Of a DNA stretch of 64,000 nt, positions 48,343-59,154 are shown piece by piece (within the stretch, counting starts at the first letter, position 1; each line of letters starts with the position of its first letter). The DNA comes from Bacteroidota bacterium (GTDB lineage Bacteria; Bacteroidota; Ignavibacteria; Palsa-1295), in contig JAJPIO010000011.1 in NCBI GenBank assembly GCA_021324735.1, positions 22,612 to 86,611 on the forward strand. The letters are read 5' to 3'. The position numbers were made by a program, and so were the translations under genes. Below the pieces are notes generated by a model. It worked only from the letters and a program-made list of their open reading frames with translations, had not been told where the DNA came from and did no database searches.

Positions 48343-51300
48343 TTAGTGCAATACGGACAATGCCGCATGTGCATGATTGCCGGAATTGTCTATAATATCG
48401 ATATTATAGATTCCCGACGGCCAACTCTGGATATTAAGAGGAAGACCGTTCGAAGCCTCCTGACTTGCTATTGCTGTTCTGGTCAGATAGGTTTGTCCCA
48501 GCAAGTTTGTGACATTCAACTGTTGAATATCATCGCTGAGGCCATTAACGATGGCTGTCGTTGAAGCGGCCGCTGGATTTTGTGTGAGTTCGATTGCGAA
48601 AGTACCGATCGCTGTCGAGCCCGGATTCTTTTTAAGGCCGCAACCTGGTCCTCCATAAGTACCGCTATTGCCCCACCAATGCGGAAGGTTAATAGGCCAC
48701 TGACCTGCAATATTCGACACTAATGCGGTCAGCAATACCGCACTACCTATTTGTGTAGGCGAAGCCGGTTCCACATAACGAACTTCAGTACCCGCAATTA
48801 GGTATGGATCGAGAATGTCGGTAGCGTACCCTGGTGTTATCGACCATGTACCTAAGGGCAATGTCGTTGGTGCTGCCATCGAACCGGCAGCGGGAGTAAG
48901 CACCAATGGCATGTAAGACCAATTCATGTAAATTGGCATAACAGATTTATCGTCCCAGGTCAAAGCCGGCACGGGCCCCCAATCTCCTGGAGGCGTTCCT
49001 CCCTGGGCGATAATGTTCGCCAATTCAGGCGTCATATAATAGAGTGGTATCACGCGATTAATGCGAGCGATCGCACTCGTCTGCGCCGTATTGACATAAT
49101 CAAGACAGGTCGCAATTGGACCAAGCTTATCATTATAAGTGACGCATCGAAGATCCTGTGCATTCGTATTTGCAAAGACGGCGAGCTTACCTGCGATCTG
49201 AGGTTCCGTCGGATCGGGACCTGCCACTAATGCAGGGTTTATTACTCGAGCATAAATATTGCTTTGCAAATAAGTATTATTTCCACCATGCGACGTACTG
49301 CCGCCTGTACGTATTTGTTCTAAGCTCCACATGGTCTGATAATACCCGGTGAGACCATACGTCGGAGGAGTTGCACCCCCAATAGTCGGCGTCGGCTGAT
49401 AGAGGTCATAAGCTTCCGCTTCATAAATGCACATGATCCAATTATTCGGATTCGAGTAATGGAATGTGCTATCATACGGGTAGCCACTGCCTTTTGCATC
49501 AAACGATATAAGCTTTGGCCGGCGCTGCATGAACCCATACATGCTCCACTTTGCATCGTCCATAGTCCAGGCAACCGAACAGGTTGGGAGGGTTGGGGTC
49601 GGATCAGGTGAAGGAATATCCATCGTCACAGGCGGAATTGTGAGATTAAGATTTAAATTCTCAAGCCTGATCGGATGTAATCCATTTGTGGTCGTGGCAT
49701 CGTGATCGAATGCGAGCGTAATCAGATTAGTATTGTCCGGATTAGCGATCGCATCCGGATGATGTGCCTCTTCGTTTGTGCCAGTGAGGCTAACACAGGT
49801 AGGTGCGGTAATTACCGTACCGCTTCCCATGTAATCGGTAGCATAGATACGACGCGGTAGAGCCGGCGTCCCAATGCCTTCGTCTTCCCAAGCAACACAA
49901 ACCCAATTGGGAGCACCACCCGAAGCAACACAGGCATTGCCGCGATGATTGATATTCCCATATCGCCACATTGTGCTACCACTCCAGGTCGCACCTGTAG
50001 TAGAGTTTACACCAGAAAGTGCAATACCCGATTGATTCCCAGGCGTATTAGCGATCGGTGTTTCCCGCCAAACTATATACGCGCCTGTATTACCGGGATT
50101 GGGATCGTAACAAGCACGAACCTGATCGATCGAGTATCCACTCATAGGATTGGTGTTAGCAGGCTGAACCGTAGTAGCCCAAACGCGTGAAGCGCCACTA
50201 AATGCTATTGCTTCGAGCTGTCCAGCGGTATTCTGTCCGGGAGTAGTGTAATTGCTTCCGTAGACAAACACGTTATTGCCGGTCGCTGGATCGGGGACGA
50301 CGGCCCAATTGCGGAACCACATATTTACAGCACCGGGCCCATTATTTTCAAAGTCGATAGGCCCCCAGGGATCCGGTGTGATCGTTCCCGTAAAGAGATC
50401 GATGGTAACGTCTTCGTAAGTTGTCAGGTAGGTAGAGACGCCCGCCGGAAATTCGTGAATGTAGGTGACCAGCGCGGTGTAATCGCCCGTAGAACCATCA
50501 TAATAGATTGCACACTTCGGCTGATAAAATGATTCACGCGGATCGCTGCGCAACGAACTCGTGAGATTCCAGCTTGCACCAGAAACAAAGAAAGAACCGC
50601 CACGACCTAGTATAATATCGGAGGTTCCATTCTCCTGTATTTCACTATACACGGTAGCCGTCACTGAATCGTACGCAGCTGTATAGGGGTCGATTTCCCA
50701 TGTGTTGTTATCTACAGGTGCATTCACTTGTGACGTTAAATACGGATAGATACCACCGATCGTCCAGGAGGAGAAATCATAGGTTTGATCCTCCATATCT
50801 GCTAAGCGGCTTTCATCGGTTTCGGGATCGACAAGATCGGTGTAGCGATCACTCCAGGTATACGGTACTCCCGCTCCCATCAATTGCTGGTAGTTAACAA
50901 CACAGAAATTGGACGATGTTGCGGAAGCTGTAAAATATGCTCCATTATATCCTCGAACATTCTCCGTCACGACTGGCGAAGTACCAGCAAAGGTAAATGG
51001 AGATAACGATAGCGCAAAAATATCCAGAACTCCATTAATGGGAGTCGTACCGCTATAATCCGGCACCGCCAAATATTCCCAATTCCCATTTACGTTACCG
51101 AACCCTTTGAAGTTTGGAGAGTTGATCGGTATCGGCGTCGCGGCAGGAGGCTGTACTGCGCTGGTGCCTGCGGAGAATGTCGTAAAGTAATCTGCATTAA
51201 GATGGTAGATGCCACCACCGGCATCCATAGTCCATGTAGCAACAACATCTTCCTGCGCCGGCCCAGTAGAAACAAGGCGCTTACTCAGTGAACATGGATA

Positions 51301-52629
51301 TCCGAGAGTAGTTGTTCCTGGAAACGATCGAAGAAAGGCCGTCATGACACCTGATGTCAGCACATATCCATTCAAATGCGGTACATCGGCACCTCCGGAA
51401 TAATCCTGGTAGAGAAATACCGCTGCACCCTGATACATATAATTAGAGTAACCACGGCAATCTTCCATGTAAAATTCGCAATGTGTTGCTTGATCGAGGG
51501 GTGCTGAAGAAAGCCGCGAGCCACCGGGCGGAAGGCTCAACACATATAGTGCGGTGCTTCCCTGTACCGTAATGCACGCGGGAGTTGCACCGCCTGTACT
51601 TAAATAGGTGTAGTCATCTCCCCAAGCCATGTCGTATTGCTGGAGATCCTCATTCCATTTAATGATGGGACACCACTTATGGCTTGACAAACTCGCTGCA
51701 TCGATCTGCGCCATAGGACCGCCAGCCGGCCAATTGGTAACAAGCGCTGTATTGAAATGCGACGCCCAAATTTGATCGTAACTCGTGAAGCCTCCGAGGT
51801 TATTGCGAATAAGAACGGCAGCACCGACATTACCTCCGGCATCATCTGTTGCTAACGAAAGCTCGTGAATATCTCCGAGAGCACCTGGATTACCGATCGG
51901 AACCGTCACAACCGTCGCAGCCGTACCGATTGAATTTCCGGCAACATTGAAATAGCAGGCCGTGACCTGGCAACCGGTACCATATTTTAACTCCTTCCAA
52001 GCAATAAATAGATTGCCATTCGAAGCAACTACAATTCGTGGCATCGAGCAGGTACCCACATGTGCATCCAATTGAACTGGATAACCGCTTCGGATCGCAC
52101 CCGTGGCCGGGTTAATACGCCATAGAGCTACACCGATATAATTTTCGACGTATTTCGCATTACCGGCCGGATCGGTACAGTGATGCTGAATAGGCTGGCT
52201 TACATCCCCGTTTGCGATGAGGCCTACTACAAACATATCCTGAGGGTTCAATGTAGTACCCGCACCAGCAATAACGGATGCTAAATTATCATCCGGCTGT
52301 CCATATGGAACGACCAAACCCCAACGAATATCGGTATAAGGAGCAACGCCTGTTGGAGTACCAAAATTTTCCGTACCCCAGCGATATGTTAATGGCCCTG
52401 ATCCGGTATAAGGTACCCAATCCGTATTAAGTGGTGGATTAACACCATTTCCAGAAGCGACCCATTCATCATACGAAGATGGTGATTGGGCTTGCCCAAA
52501 AACCTGAGAATGCGCCAATTGGGATGATCCAAGAATTAACAGGAACATAATTACTATCGCTGAGCGATAGCCGATCTTTTCCAGCGGAGGCTTAAAAGAT
52601 CGAATCTGTAAGAAGCGATCTGCTTTCAT
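48343..52629 (-). CDS. Giant (1428 aa) T9SS-secreted protein
   Basis: Signal peptide (IVIMFLLILGSSQLAHSQ). C-terminal T9SS sorting domain ...SGIYNIDIIDNSGNHAHAALSVLH. No recognisable catalytic motif. Confidence 0.8.
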   Translation of the reverse strand: MKADRFLQIRSFKPPLEKIGYRSAIVIMFLLILGSSQLAHSQVFGQAQSPSSYDEWVASGNGVNPPLNTDWVPYTGSGPLTYRWGTENFGTPTGVAPYTDIRWGLVVPYGQPDDNLASVIAGAGTTLNPQDMFVVGLIANGDVSQPIQHHCTDPAGNAKYVENYIGVALWRINPATGAIRSGYPVQLDAHVGTCSMPRIVVASNGNLFIAWKELKYGTGCQVTACYFNVAGNSIGTAATVVTVPIGNPGALGDIHELSLATDDAGGNVGAAVLIRNNLGGFTSYDQIWASHFNTALVTNWPAGGPMAQIDAASLSSHKWCPIIKWNEDLQQYDMAWGDDYTYLSTGGATPACITVQGSTALYVLSLPPGGSRLSSAPLDQATHCEFYMEDCRGYSNYMYQGAAVFLYQDYSGGADVPHLNGYVLTSGVMTAFLRSFPGTTTLGYPCSLSKRLVSTGPAQEDVVATWTMDAGGGIYHLNADYFTTFSAGTSAVQPPAATPIPINSPNFKGFGNVNGNWEYLAVPDYSGTTPINGVLDIFALSLSPFTFAGTSPVVTENVRGYNGAYFTASATSSNFCVVNYQQLMGAGVPYTWSDRYTDLVDPETDESRLADMEDQTYDFSSWTIGGIYPYLTSQVNAPVDNNTWEIDPYTAAYDSVTATVYSEIQENGTSDIILGRGGSFFVSGASWNLTSSLRSDPRESFYQPKCAIYYDGSTGDYTALVTYIHEFPAGVSTYLTTYEDVTIDLFTGTITPDPWGPIDFENNGPGAVNMWFRNWAVVPDPATGNNVFVYGSNYTTPGQNTAGQLEAIAFSGASRVWATTVQPANTNPMSGYSIDQVRACYDPNPGNTGAYIVWRETPIANTPGNQSGIALSGVNSTTGATWSGSTMWRYGNINHRGNACVASGGAPNWVCVAWEDEGIGTPALPRRIYATDYMGSGTVITAPTCVSLTGTNEEAHHPDAIANPDNTNLITLAFDHDATTTNGLHPIRLENLNLNLTIPPVTMDIPSPDPTPTLPTCSVAWTMDDAKWSMYGFMQRRPKLISFDAKGSGYPYDSTFHYSNPNNWIMCIYEAEAYDLYQPTPTIGGATPPTYGLTGYYQTMWSLEQIRTGGSTSHGGNNTYLQSNIYARVINPALVAGPDPTEPQIAGKLAVFANTNAQDLRCVTYNDKLGPIATCLDYVNTAQTSAIARINRVIPLYYMTPELANIIAQGGTPPGDWGPVPALTWDDKSVMPIYMNWSYMPLVLTPAAGSMAAPTTLPLGTWSITPGYATDILDPYLIAGTEVRYVEPASPTQIGSAVLLTALVSNIAGQWPINLPHWWGNSGTYGGPGCGLKKNPGSTAIGTFAIELTQNPAAASTTAIVNGLSDDIQQLNVTNLLGQTYLTRTAIASQEASNGLPLNIQSWPSGIYNIDIIDNSGNHAHAALSVLH

Positions 52630-52919
52630 AGCTATGTTAATGATTAAGGGGGACGTGCAAACCTTCTTGAATTATCCCAGAAAATCGCGGCTTACACGTC
52701 CAGCAACTACAAGAGCGATTCACCGGAAATCAGCCTGTTCTGCACAGGCGGAGATAATATCTATGGACATTTCTATAGCGCGACGAAGGTGACACGGGCT
52801 ATGGTCTACCTCGAACCAGATCGACGCATTATCTAAAGAGCTGCTTCTGACATTATCCTTGAACAAATCTATACTGTTAGCTCTTATATTGGCTACTTAG
52901 TGGACTACTCATTTTTTCA

Positions 52920-54596
52920 TTGCTCTTGAAAAAACTTATGGGAGTTTCTCCTGCCGTCCTTCGCGCCCAAATTGCTCGGACGAAAAATATCGAGAAAAGA
53001 ATTGATTTACAGTTTCAACTGGGATCTGCCTTATTCTACTGTGATGTGGAAGAAGCAAACAAAGAAATGACTCGTATGTATGATGAGTATGCATCTTCTG
53101 GTAATGCCCGGGGTCTATCTGCATCGTTAATAATAATGGGAAGAATTTCTTTGATAGATGGGGTGCTTACTGAAGGTTTGGAAAAACTCCATCAGGCTAA
53201 AGAATATGCAGAATTATCGTCCGATCCCAAGCTTCATTCTGAATCGTTGTGGGCAATAGCCCTTGCAAACCGAAGTTTAGGAAATTATAGAGAAGCGTTA
53301 TCGAATGCAATTCAAGCAGCATTTATCCAGGAGCAACATGGGTATCATCGCGAACGATGTCGTTCCTTGTATACTATTTCACAAACCTATGTCTATCAAT
53401 CCGATTATAAATCAGCGCTGCAATATGCACTTGAAGGGTTAAATTGCTCTCGTTCCATTGGAGATCTAGGGTCAGAGGCAATGCATTTGGCCGGCTTAGG
53501 GAATATTAATTTGTCGTTACAGAATACGGATGCTGCAATAGAATACTTTGAAGCGGCATTGAAGCTCGATCAAACCGTAAATAATATTAGCGGAATAGCA
53601 GTAGATATAGGAAGCCTTTGTACAGCCTACATTAATGCAGCGAAGTGGGAAACGGCTCTTTCGTATGCAAAAAGAGCGGAGGAATTGGCAATAAAGGATA
53701 TAAACAGTAATTTATTAACCCATTGCTATTTTGATACAGCTCGTGCCCATTTTGGAACTGGTGATCTGACGTTGACCGAAGAATTTCTAAATAAGGCGAT
53801 TGAAGTTTCACAGAAAGTTGGATATCAGTATATTCTTCGAGCTTGTTTTAAACTACTGGGAGACGTTCGCGCCGCTCAGGGAGAATTAATACAGGCCAAG
53901 CAATTATATGAAAAAGCATTGGCGTCGTTCGACGGGAATGATGATATTGCCCATCAGATAGAAGTCCTGACAAGCTTAAGCAAACTGTGCGAAGCAGAAA
54001 AAGACTTAGCCAACGCCCTCCTGTATCAAAAGCGGCTTGCCGATGCCAAGGTATTCGAGACTCGGCAAAAGAATCATCGTGAGATCGTCCTAATGCAGGT
54101 GCAGGTCGATACAGCGCTTCTGGAGCAGGAACGAGAAAGCTATAAGGTCAAAGCCATGCAGGCGATGGAAGCGTTCGAACGGAAGACGCGCGAATTAAGT
54201 GAGGTCTCGGTACACCTTGCGCGGCGAAGGGATCTATTGACCGCTCTGCTCACCGATCTTACCGGTTTAGAAAAAAATTTCTCCTCCCGCGAATTGCATA
54301 ACATCCGGAAAAAGATCAATACAGAACTCAGCACCGGTCAGCAAATAGAGCGCGTCGATGAGATACTGTCAAAACTCGAGCCTGGGTTTTTAACTCAGCT
54401 TAAAGCAAAGCACCCTGAGCTTTCAAAAACAGAATTAAAAGTCTGCTTGCTTCTGAAGTTAAACTTACAGACCCCGGAGATCGCTAATCTGCTGTTAACG
54501 TCTGAGCGCACGATCGAAAATCATCGACTGCACATTCGAAAAAAGATAAAAATTCTCGCGAAGCAGTCACTTCAGGAATATTTGAATTCGCTGTAA
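52920..54596 (+). CDS. Transcriptional regulator with TPR repeats and a C-terminal LuxR/GerE-type helix-turn-helix
   Basis: Multiple TPR-like repeats, a coiled coil, and the C-terminal TELKVCLLLKLNLQTPEIANLLLTSERTIENHRLHIRKKI LuxR helix-turn-helix signature. Confidence 0.8.
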   Translation: MLLKKLMGVSPAVLRAQIARTKNIEKRIDLQFQLGSALFYCDVEEANKEMTRMYDEYASSGNARGLSASLIIMGRISLIDGVLTEGLEKLHQAKEYAELSSDPKLHSESLWAIALANRSLGNYREALSNAIQAAFIQEQHGYHRERCRSLYTISQTYVYQSDYKSALQYALEGLNCSRSIGDLGSEAMHLAGLGNINLSLQNTDAAIEYFEAALKLDQTVNNISGIAVDIGSLCTAYINAAKWETALSYAKRAEELAIKDINSNLLTHCYFDTARAHFGTGDLTLTEEFLNKAIEVSQKVGYQYILRACFKLLGDVRAAQGELIQAKQLYEKALASFDGNDDIAHQIEVLTSLSKLCEAEKDLANALLYQKRLADAKVFETRQKNHREIVLMQVQVDTALLEQERESYKVKAMQAMEAFERKTRELSEVSVHLARRRDLLTALLTDLTGLEKNFSSRELHNIRKKINTELSTGQQIERVDEILSKLEPGFLTQLKAKHPELSKTELKVCLLLKLNLQTPEIANLLLTSERTIENHRLHIRKKIKILAKQSLQEYLNSL

Positions 54597-54609
54597 TTCG
54601 TAATCTTTA

Positions 54610-55728
54610 TTACAAATACTCCGTCATCTGATGACGCTTTAGGTAATCGACGACATCGCGGACGCCCTGCGCCTGATCGCGCTTGGTAATGAGGATCGCA
54701 TCGCCGGTATTGATGACGACGGCGTCCGTCATGCCATAGGTGGCTATGAGTTGATCGTTGCGTGAGATGATGAGGCAGCCACGCGAATTGCGAGCAACTA
54801 CATGATTGCCGACGAGCACATTGTTCTCGAGGTCCTTCTCGCTGAGGCGGTAGACCTCATCCCAGCTCCCAACATCACTCCACCCTAATGCGCCGGCGCG
54901 GAGCACGTACACGTTCGGGGCTTGCTCCATTACACCATAGTCAATTGAGACGCCGCGGATAGTGCTGTATGCTTCTTTCAGCTTAGCGGCAAAATCGGGA
55001 GCGGTATGCGGGGGCACACGATCGATTAGCTGCATGATCTCCGGCGTGTATTCGTGCATCGCTTTTTCGATCGCATCGACACGCCAAACGAACATGCCGC
55101 TATTCCACAGGAAGTCTCCGCTCTCGACAAAACGCCGGGCCGTATCGACGTCCGGTTTTTCGGCAAAGCGTTTCACCGAAAAGACATCGCGCAATTCGAA
55201 CTCCGAAAAATGCGGAAGCTCTTTTTGCGATGGCAAATGCTCGTCATCAAGTTGGATATAGCCAAAACCGGTCTCGGGTCGCGCAGGATGAATGCCGACT
55301 GTGATGAGCGAACGGGTATCGACCGCCAGGCGCGCAGCCAGCTTCATCAGCCGCGCGAATTCCGATTCGTTACGGATGACGTGATCGGCCGGAAGGACGA
55401 TCATCACCGAGTCGCCGCCGTTCGATTCGCGAATGATCTTCGCACCGAGCGCGATGCACGTGGCGGTGTTGCGGCCAAACGGTTCGGATATAATATTCTG
55501 CTTTGGCAGGTCCGGCAACTGCCGTTCGAGCTCCGCGCGCTGGACTTCGTTGGTGACGACCAGCGTGTCGCCGATATCGGCGAAAAGTTTTGTGCGAGCG
55601 ATCGTCGCCTGGATGAGGGATATCCCAGGGGTGACGACATCGAGGAGCTGCTTCGGACGTTGGGCCCGGCTTTCCGGCCAGAATCGTGAGCCGACTCCGC
55701 CTGCCATTATGAGAACGCTTATTTTCAA
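54610..55728 (-). CDS. manC: Mannose-1-phosphate guanylyltransferase (GDP-mannose pyrophosphorylase)
   Basis: N-terminal nucleotidyltransferase motif LIMAGGVGSRFWPESRAQRPKQLL and a cupin-like C-terminus. Confidence 0.9.
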   Translation of the reverse strand: MKISVLIMAGGVGSRFWPESRAQRPKQLLDVVTPGISLIQATIARTKLFADIGDTLVVTNEVQRAELERQLPDLPKQNIISEPFGRNTATCIALGAKIIRESNGGDSVMIVLPADHVIRNESEFARLMKLAARLAVDTRSLITVGIHPARPETGFGYIQLDDEHLPSQKELPHFSEFELRDVFSVKRFAEKPDVDTARRFVESGDFLWNSGMFVWRVDAIEKAMHEYTPEIMQLIDRVPPHTAPDFAAKLKEAYSTIRGVSIDYGVMEQAPNVYVLRAGALGWSDVGSWDEVYRLSEKDLENNVLVGNHVVARNSRGCLIISRNDQLIATYGMTDAVVINTGDAILITKRDQAQGVRDVVDYLKRHQMTEYL

Positions 55729-55867
55729 CCTGGATTACGCTGATTGGATGGATTTACAGGATTGATTTTTCGGGATTGAATCCGGGATGTTTCGGTATCG
55801 ATCCGCAATGCAAAGTTACGGCGCTCCTGCCACCCGCAACCAGAACCGCAAGATTTTGCTCCGCCGC

Positions 55868-55902
55868 CGCAAAAAACAAAAATCCCCTCAGGTGGAGGGG
55901 AT
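55868..55902 (-). terminator. Intrinsic terminator (minus strand)
   Basis: ATCCCCTC-aggtg-GAGGGGAT hairpin followed on the minus strand by TTTTTGTTTTTTG. Confidence 0.5.
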
Positions 55903-55925
55903 TTTAAAACCAAGGATTAAACAGT

Positions 55926-56123
55926 TTATTGCTTTACGATCTTTACTGTTTGCGCCTCGCCATAGGCCGTTACTAAACGAGCGTAATAGGTGCCACTTGC
56001 CAGCAAAGAAATTACGAGTGAGACAATTAAAATATTATACATAGACAACAAACTTTGGCTGCAAACATACAAAGGATTTACCTCTCGCTTTCGCCTTTTT
56101 GCGACGAATTTGTGTACGCGCAA
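55926..56123 (-). pseudogene. Possible remnant of a T9SS C-terminal sorting domain (orphan fragment)
   Basis: The last ~25 aa (…ASGTYYARLVTAYGEAQTVKIVKQ) resemble the T9SS C-terminal domain endings elsewhere in the window. No upstream cargo body is present. The terminator lies immediately downstream. Confidence 0.3.
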
Positions 56124-56453
56124 TCTCTGATTGCGGCTGGCGATCCGGAGATCGCCAGCACACCGAGCGAGCAGGAACTTCGATATAGGTGCCTATTTGT
56201 TCACTACACTTCAAAGATAAATAATGCAGTCACATCTAAACCGTCGAGGACGGGCTCTTCGTGGGATGACCAACATAGCGCTCGATATGAAAAAATATGA
56301 ATGAAAAATTCATACTTGCCAAATGCGAATCAAATTCCATGGCAATTATGAATATTAAAAGAACAAACACAGAAAACGGGTGATGAAGGAGAGTGAAAAC
56401 ACTGAGTAAAGATTTGAAATCAATTAATCTCGGGGAATCGAGGTTAGAATTAG

Positions 56454-57596
56454 GTGCGCCTTAATTACTCGGAATGGAAGCCGGATGAAAGCCAGACGGC
56501 CGAAGATAAACTTCGGGCGCTCGTTCAGCTATTTAGTCAGCTCCTGCTGCAAACCTCCGGGGACGTCAACGAGGCGCTCGAATGGATGCGCTATCTGGAC
56601 GAGCAATATCATGTCTTCGGTCCGGACATGACGATGGACATGTTCATCGATAAGCTGAAGGAGATGGGGCTCGTCCAGGAAGACGAGAACGCACTGCTGA
56701 AGCCGACGAACAAGGCGATCCAGAACATCCGGCGCGATGCGCTGCTCGAGATGTTCCGCTCGCTGAGAAAATCGCCGACCGGCGCACACGATACTCCCCA
56801 TACGGGAAGTGGCATCGAGCGTACGCAGAATACGAAGAACTACACCTTCGGTGACACTGCAACGAACATCGACTTCACGCAGACGATCCAAAATGCGCAG
56901 AAACGCGCGTTGCGCGACGGCACTACGAATGGCGATCTTCACTCGGATGATTTCGATCTGGCAGAAGAAGATATCGAGATCTACGAGACGGAGCATCTAA
57001 CCTCCTGCGCAACAGTGCTCATGATCGATATTTCTCACTCGATGATCCTCTATGGCGAGGACCGCATTACGCCGGCGAAGAAAGTAGCGCTCGCGTTGAG
57101 TGAACTTATCAAAACGAAATTCCCGAAGGATCAACTCTACGTCGTGACCTTTGGCGATGACGCCGAGCTTATCACGTTAAGTGAATTGCCATTTTTGGAA
57201 GTGGGTCCGTATCACACCAATACTCGCGCAGGGCTTCGCCTTGCGCGGCAACTACTGAAGCGCTCGGGTAACGTCAATAAGCAGGTCTTTATGGTGACGG
57301 ACGGCAAGCCCTCCGCGATGTTCGAAGATAACGGACGACTCTATAAGAACTCGTTCGGCCTTGACCCGAAGATCGTAAATAAAACGCTCGACGAGGCGAT
57401 CGCTTGCAGGCGAGAGAAGATCACGATCTCGACGTTCATGGTCGCCCGCGATCCATATCTCATCAACTTCGTTGAAGAGCTAACGAAGGCTAATAAAGGC
57501 CGGGCGTATTATTCCGGCCTTAACGATCTCGGCCAGTTCGTCTTCGTCGATTACGTGAGGAATCGGAAAAAGAAGTATCCGGGTAGTAGAGATTAA
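56454..57596 (+). CDS. VWA-domain protein, CoxE/YehP-like
   Basis: MIDAS motif DISHSM (DxSxS), and the TDG motif in VFMVTDGKPSA. The N-terminal helical region is typical of CoxE-family VWA proteins. Confidence 0.8.
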   Translation: MRLNYSEWKPDESQTAEDKLRALVQLFSQLLLQTSGDVNEALEWMRYLDEQYHVFGPDMTMDMFIDKLKEMGLVQEDENALLKPTNKAIQNIRRDALLEMFRSLRKSPTGAHDTPHTGSGIERTQNTKNYTFGDTATNIDFTQTIQNAQKRALRDGTTNGDLHSDDFDLAEEDIEIYETEHLTSCATVLMIDISHSMILYGEDRITPAKKVALALSELIKTKFPKDQLYVVTFGDDAELITLSELPFLEVGPYHTNTRAGLRLARQLLKRSGNVNKQVFMVTDGKPSAMFEDNGRLYKNSFGLDPKIVNKTLDEAIACRREKITISTFMVARDPYLINFVEELTKANKGRAYYSGLNDLGQFVFVDYVRNRKKKYPGSRD

Positions 57597-57603
57597 AAAA
57601 ATC

Positions 57604-58320
57604 TCAATGCTTTGTTAAGTTAAATAGATACGATACCCCGAACGATGCAGTCGCAACGGGACCGTTGTTATCCGACGTATTGTGGCTTTGTTTTGGATCG
57701 AAGTACGGAAGCGGTGCATTCGCATCGGAGACAAGGTGGCTAAAGGCATACGATCCTTGGACAAGAAAGCGAAGCTGGCCATCATCATTTTGCCAGATCG
57801 GTATGGTTGCGCCAAGTCGTAGTTCAACGAGGAAATTCATCGCCGTAGCACCGACGGAAAATGATCCCGTTGGCTGGCCAGCTCCTTTCATTGTATCAGC
57901 ACTGTATCCAAGGGGAACGCCGAGGCCTAATCCAAGCTGAAAATCGCCGAGAAGAATGCTCGGGCGAATCGCGAAATAATTGAAGGTGTAACTATACTTA
58001 AAATTCTGATCGTCCTGCTTGTAAAAATCGAGCGAGCGGGCATCGTATCCCATATCGACCTGAGCCGAGATCAGATCGGTAATTCCAAAGAGGGCACTTG
58101 CTCCGCCGCTCCAGGCAAATTTGAAATCGGTCTTTGCACCGTTCGCAACACTTCCCGCATTAACGGCACCCCCGGCCGTGAAGAACGGTCCGAGCCAAAT
58201 GTTCTGGTCTTTACTTTGGGCAAAAGAAGCAGATGTTGCTGTGATTAATGCGATTGCAATAAGGACGATCTTTTTCATAACGTGTAGATTGACGATGGAA
58301 CACAGAGTGACAACGGTCAC
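57604..58320 (-). CDS. Outer-membrane beta-barrel (porin-family) protein
   Basis: Signal peptide MKKIVLIAIALITATSASFAQ. Alternating amphipathic beta strands rich in G/Y/F. Confidence 0.65.
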   Translation of the reverse strand: MTVVTLCSIVNLHVMKKIVLIAIALITATSASFAQSKDQNIWLGPFFTAGGAVNAGSVANGAKTDFKFAWSGGASALFGITDLISAQVDMGYDARSLDFYKQDDQNFKYSYTFNYFAIRPSILLGDFQLGLGLGVPLGYSADTMKGAGQPTGSFSVGATAMNFLVELRLGATIPIWQNDDGQLRFLVQGSYAFSHLVSDANAPLPYFDPKQSHNTSDNNGPVATASFGVSYLFNLTKH

Positions 58321-58371
58321 TCACTCATAGTCACTTGCAAATATAGCACATTCCGCCGAATGACAGAGGCG

Positions 58372-59154
58372 TTAATGCAAGATATCGAACTGGAAAGTAA
58401 TACCGGCTTGAATGCTTGGCAGCGGGCCCTGGCCCGGTGCAAACTTATCAGAGAAATGTTTGTAGCCTCGCGCATCAATAGTCGTATCGATGCTCGTGGT
58501 ACTGCTTACAAATTTCCCGAGGGGATAACTACCGCACACGACAGCATGCACGACACCGCTTTCTGTTTTAAGTATGGGAATAGAAAGCGTCCCGCGTAAT
58601 TCAGTGACCGTCGCAAGATCGCTCGTCTCCACATTCATGTTCGAGCTGTAATTCTGCACGGGCTGATCCGGATGCTGATAGCCGTTCACGATCTCGGTCG
58701 CACTGCCACTCATTGGAATTTCGAATGCCAGGCCGACCATGAGCCAGAAAATTCGAATCGACGGCTGCACGGAAATGTAACCGATGTTGAGATCAATGTT
58801 ATCGCTATCACCAGGATTTCCAAGATAGGCATCACGCGAATCGTAGAGTAAGCTGAGTCCCATCCCAAGCCAATTCGTGATCGTGCCATCGAAGAGCGCG
58901 CCAATGGAATAAGCGAAGCGTTGACTCGAATGCCACTCTGGCGGAAGATTTTGATTTTGCTGCGAGAATCCGCCAGTAAAATATGGACCGGCGGTCAGGT
59001 CCTTAAAAAACAGGAAGGTAGAAGTATCACGTGGGATCGTCGGTGGGGTGTATGGCTTGCGGGTTTGAGCATTTACCGAACCAACGCAGAGTAATAAGAA
59101 CAGAGTTACCGTCTTACAGGTATTCAACTTCCAGTTTACCATTCGTTTCATCAA
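58372..59154 (-). CDS. Outer-membrane beta-barrel protein (hypothetical)
   Basis: Signal peptide ...LFLLLCVGSVNAQ. The beta-strand pattern ends in ...FQFDILH. Confidence 0.55.
   Translation of the reverse strand: MMKRMVNWKLNTCKTVTLFLLLCVGSVNAQTRKPYTPPTIPRDTSTFLFFKDLTAGPYFTGGFSQQNQNLPPEWHSSQRFAYSIGALFDGTITNWLGMGLSLLYDSRDAYLGNPGDSDNIDLNIGYISVQPSIRIFWLMVGLAFEIPMSGSATEIVNGYQHPDQPVQNYSSNMNVETSDLATVTELRGTLSIPILKTESGVVHAVVCGSYPLGKFVSSTTSIDTTIDARGYKHFSDKFAPGQGPLPSIQAGITFQFDILH

Noticed and set aside
55054-55689. 211-aa plus-strand ORF
   Set aside because: Antisense to manC.
56529-56996. 155-aa minus-strand ORF
   Set aside because: Antisense to the CoxE-like VWA gene.
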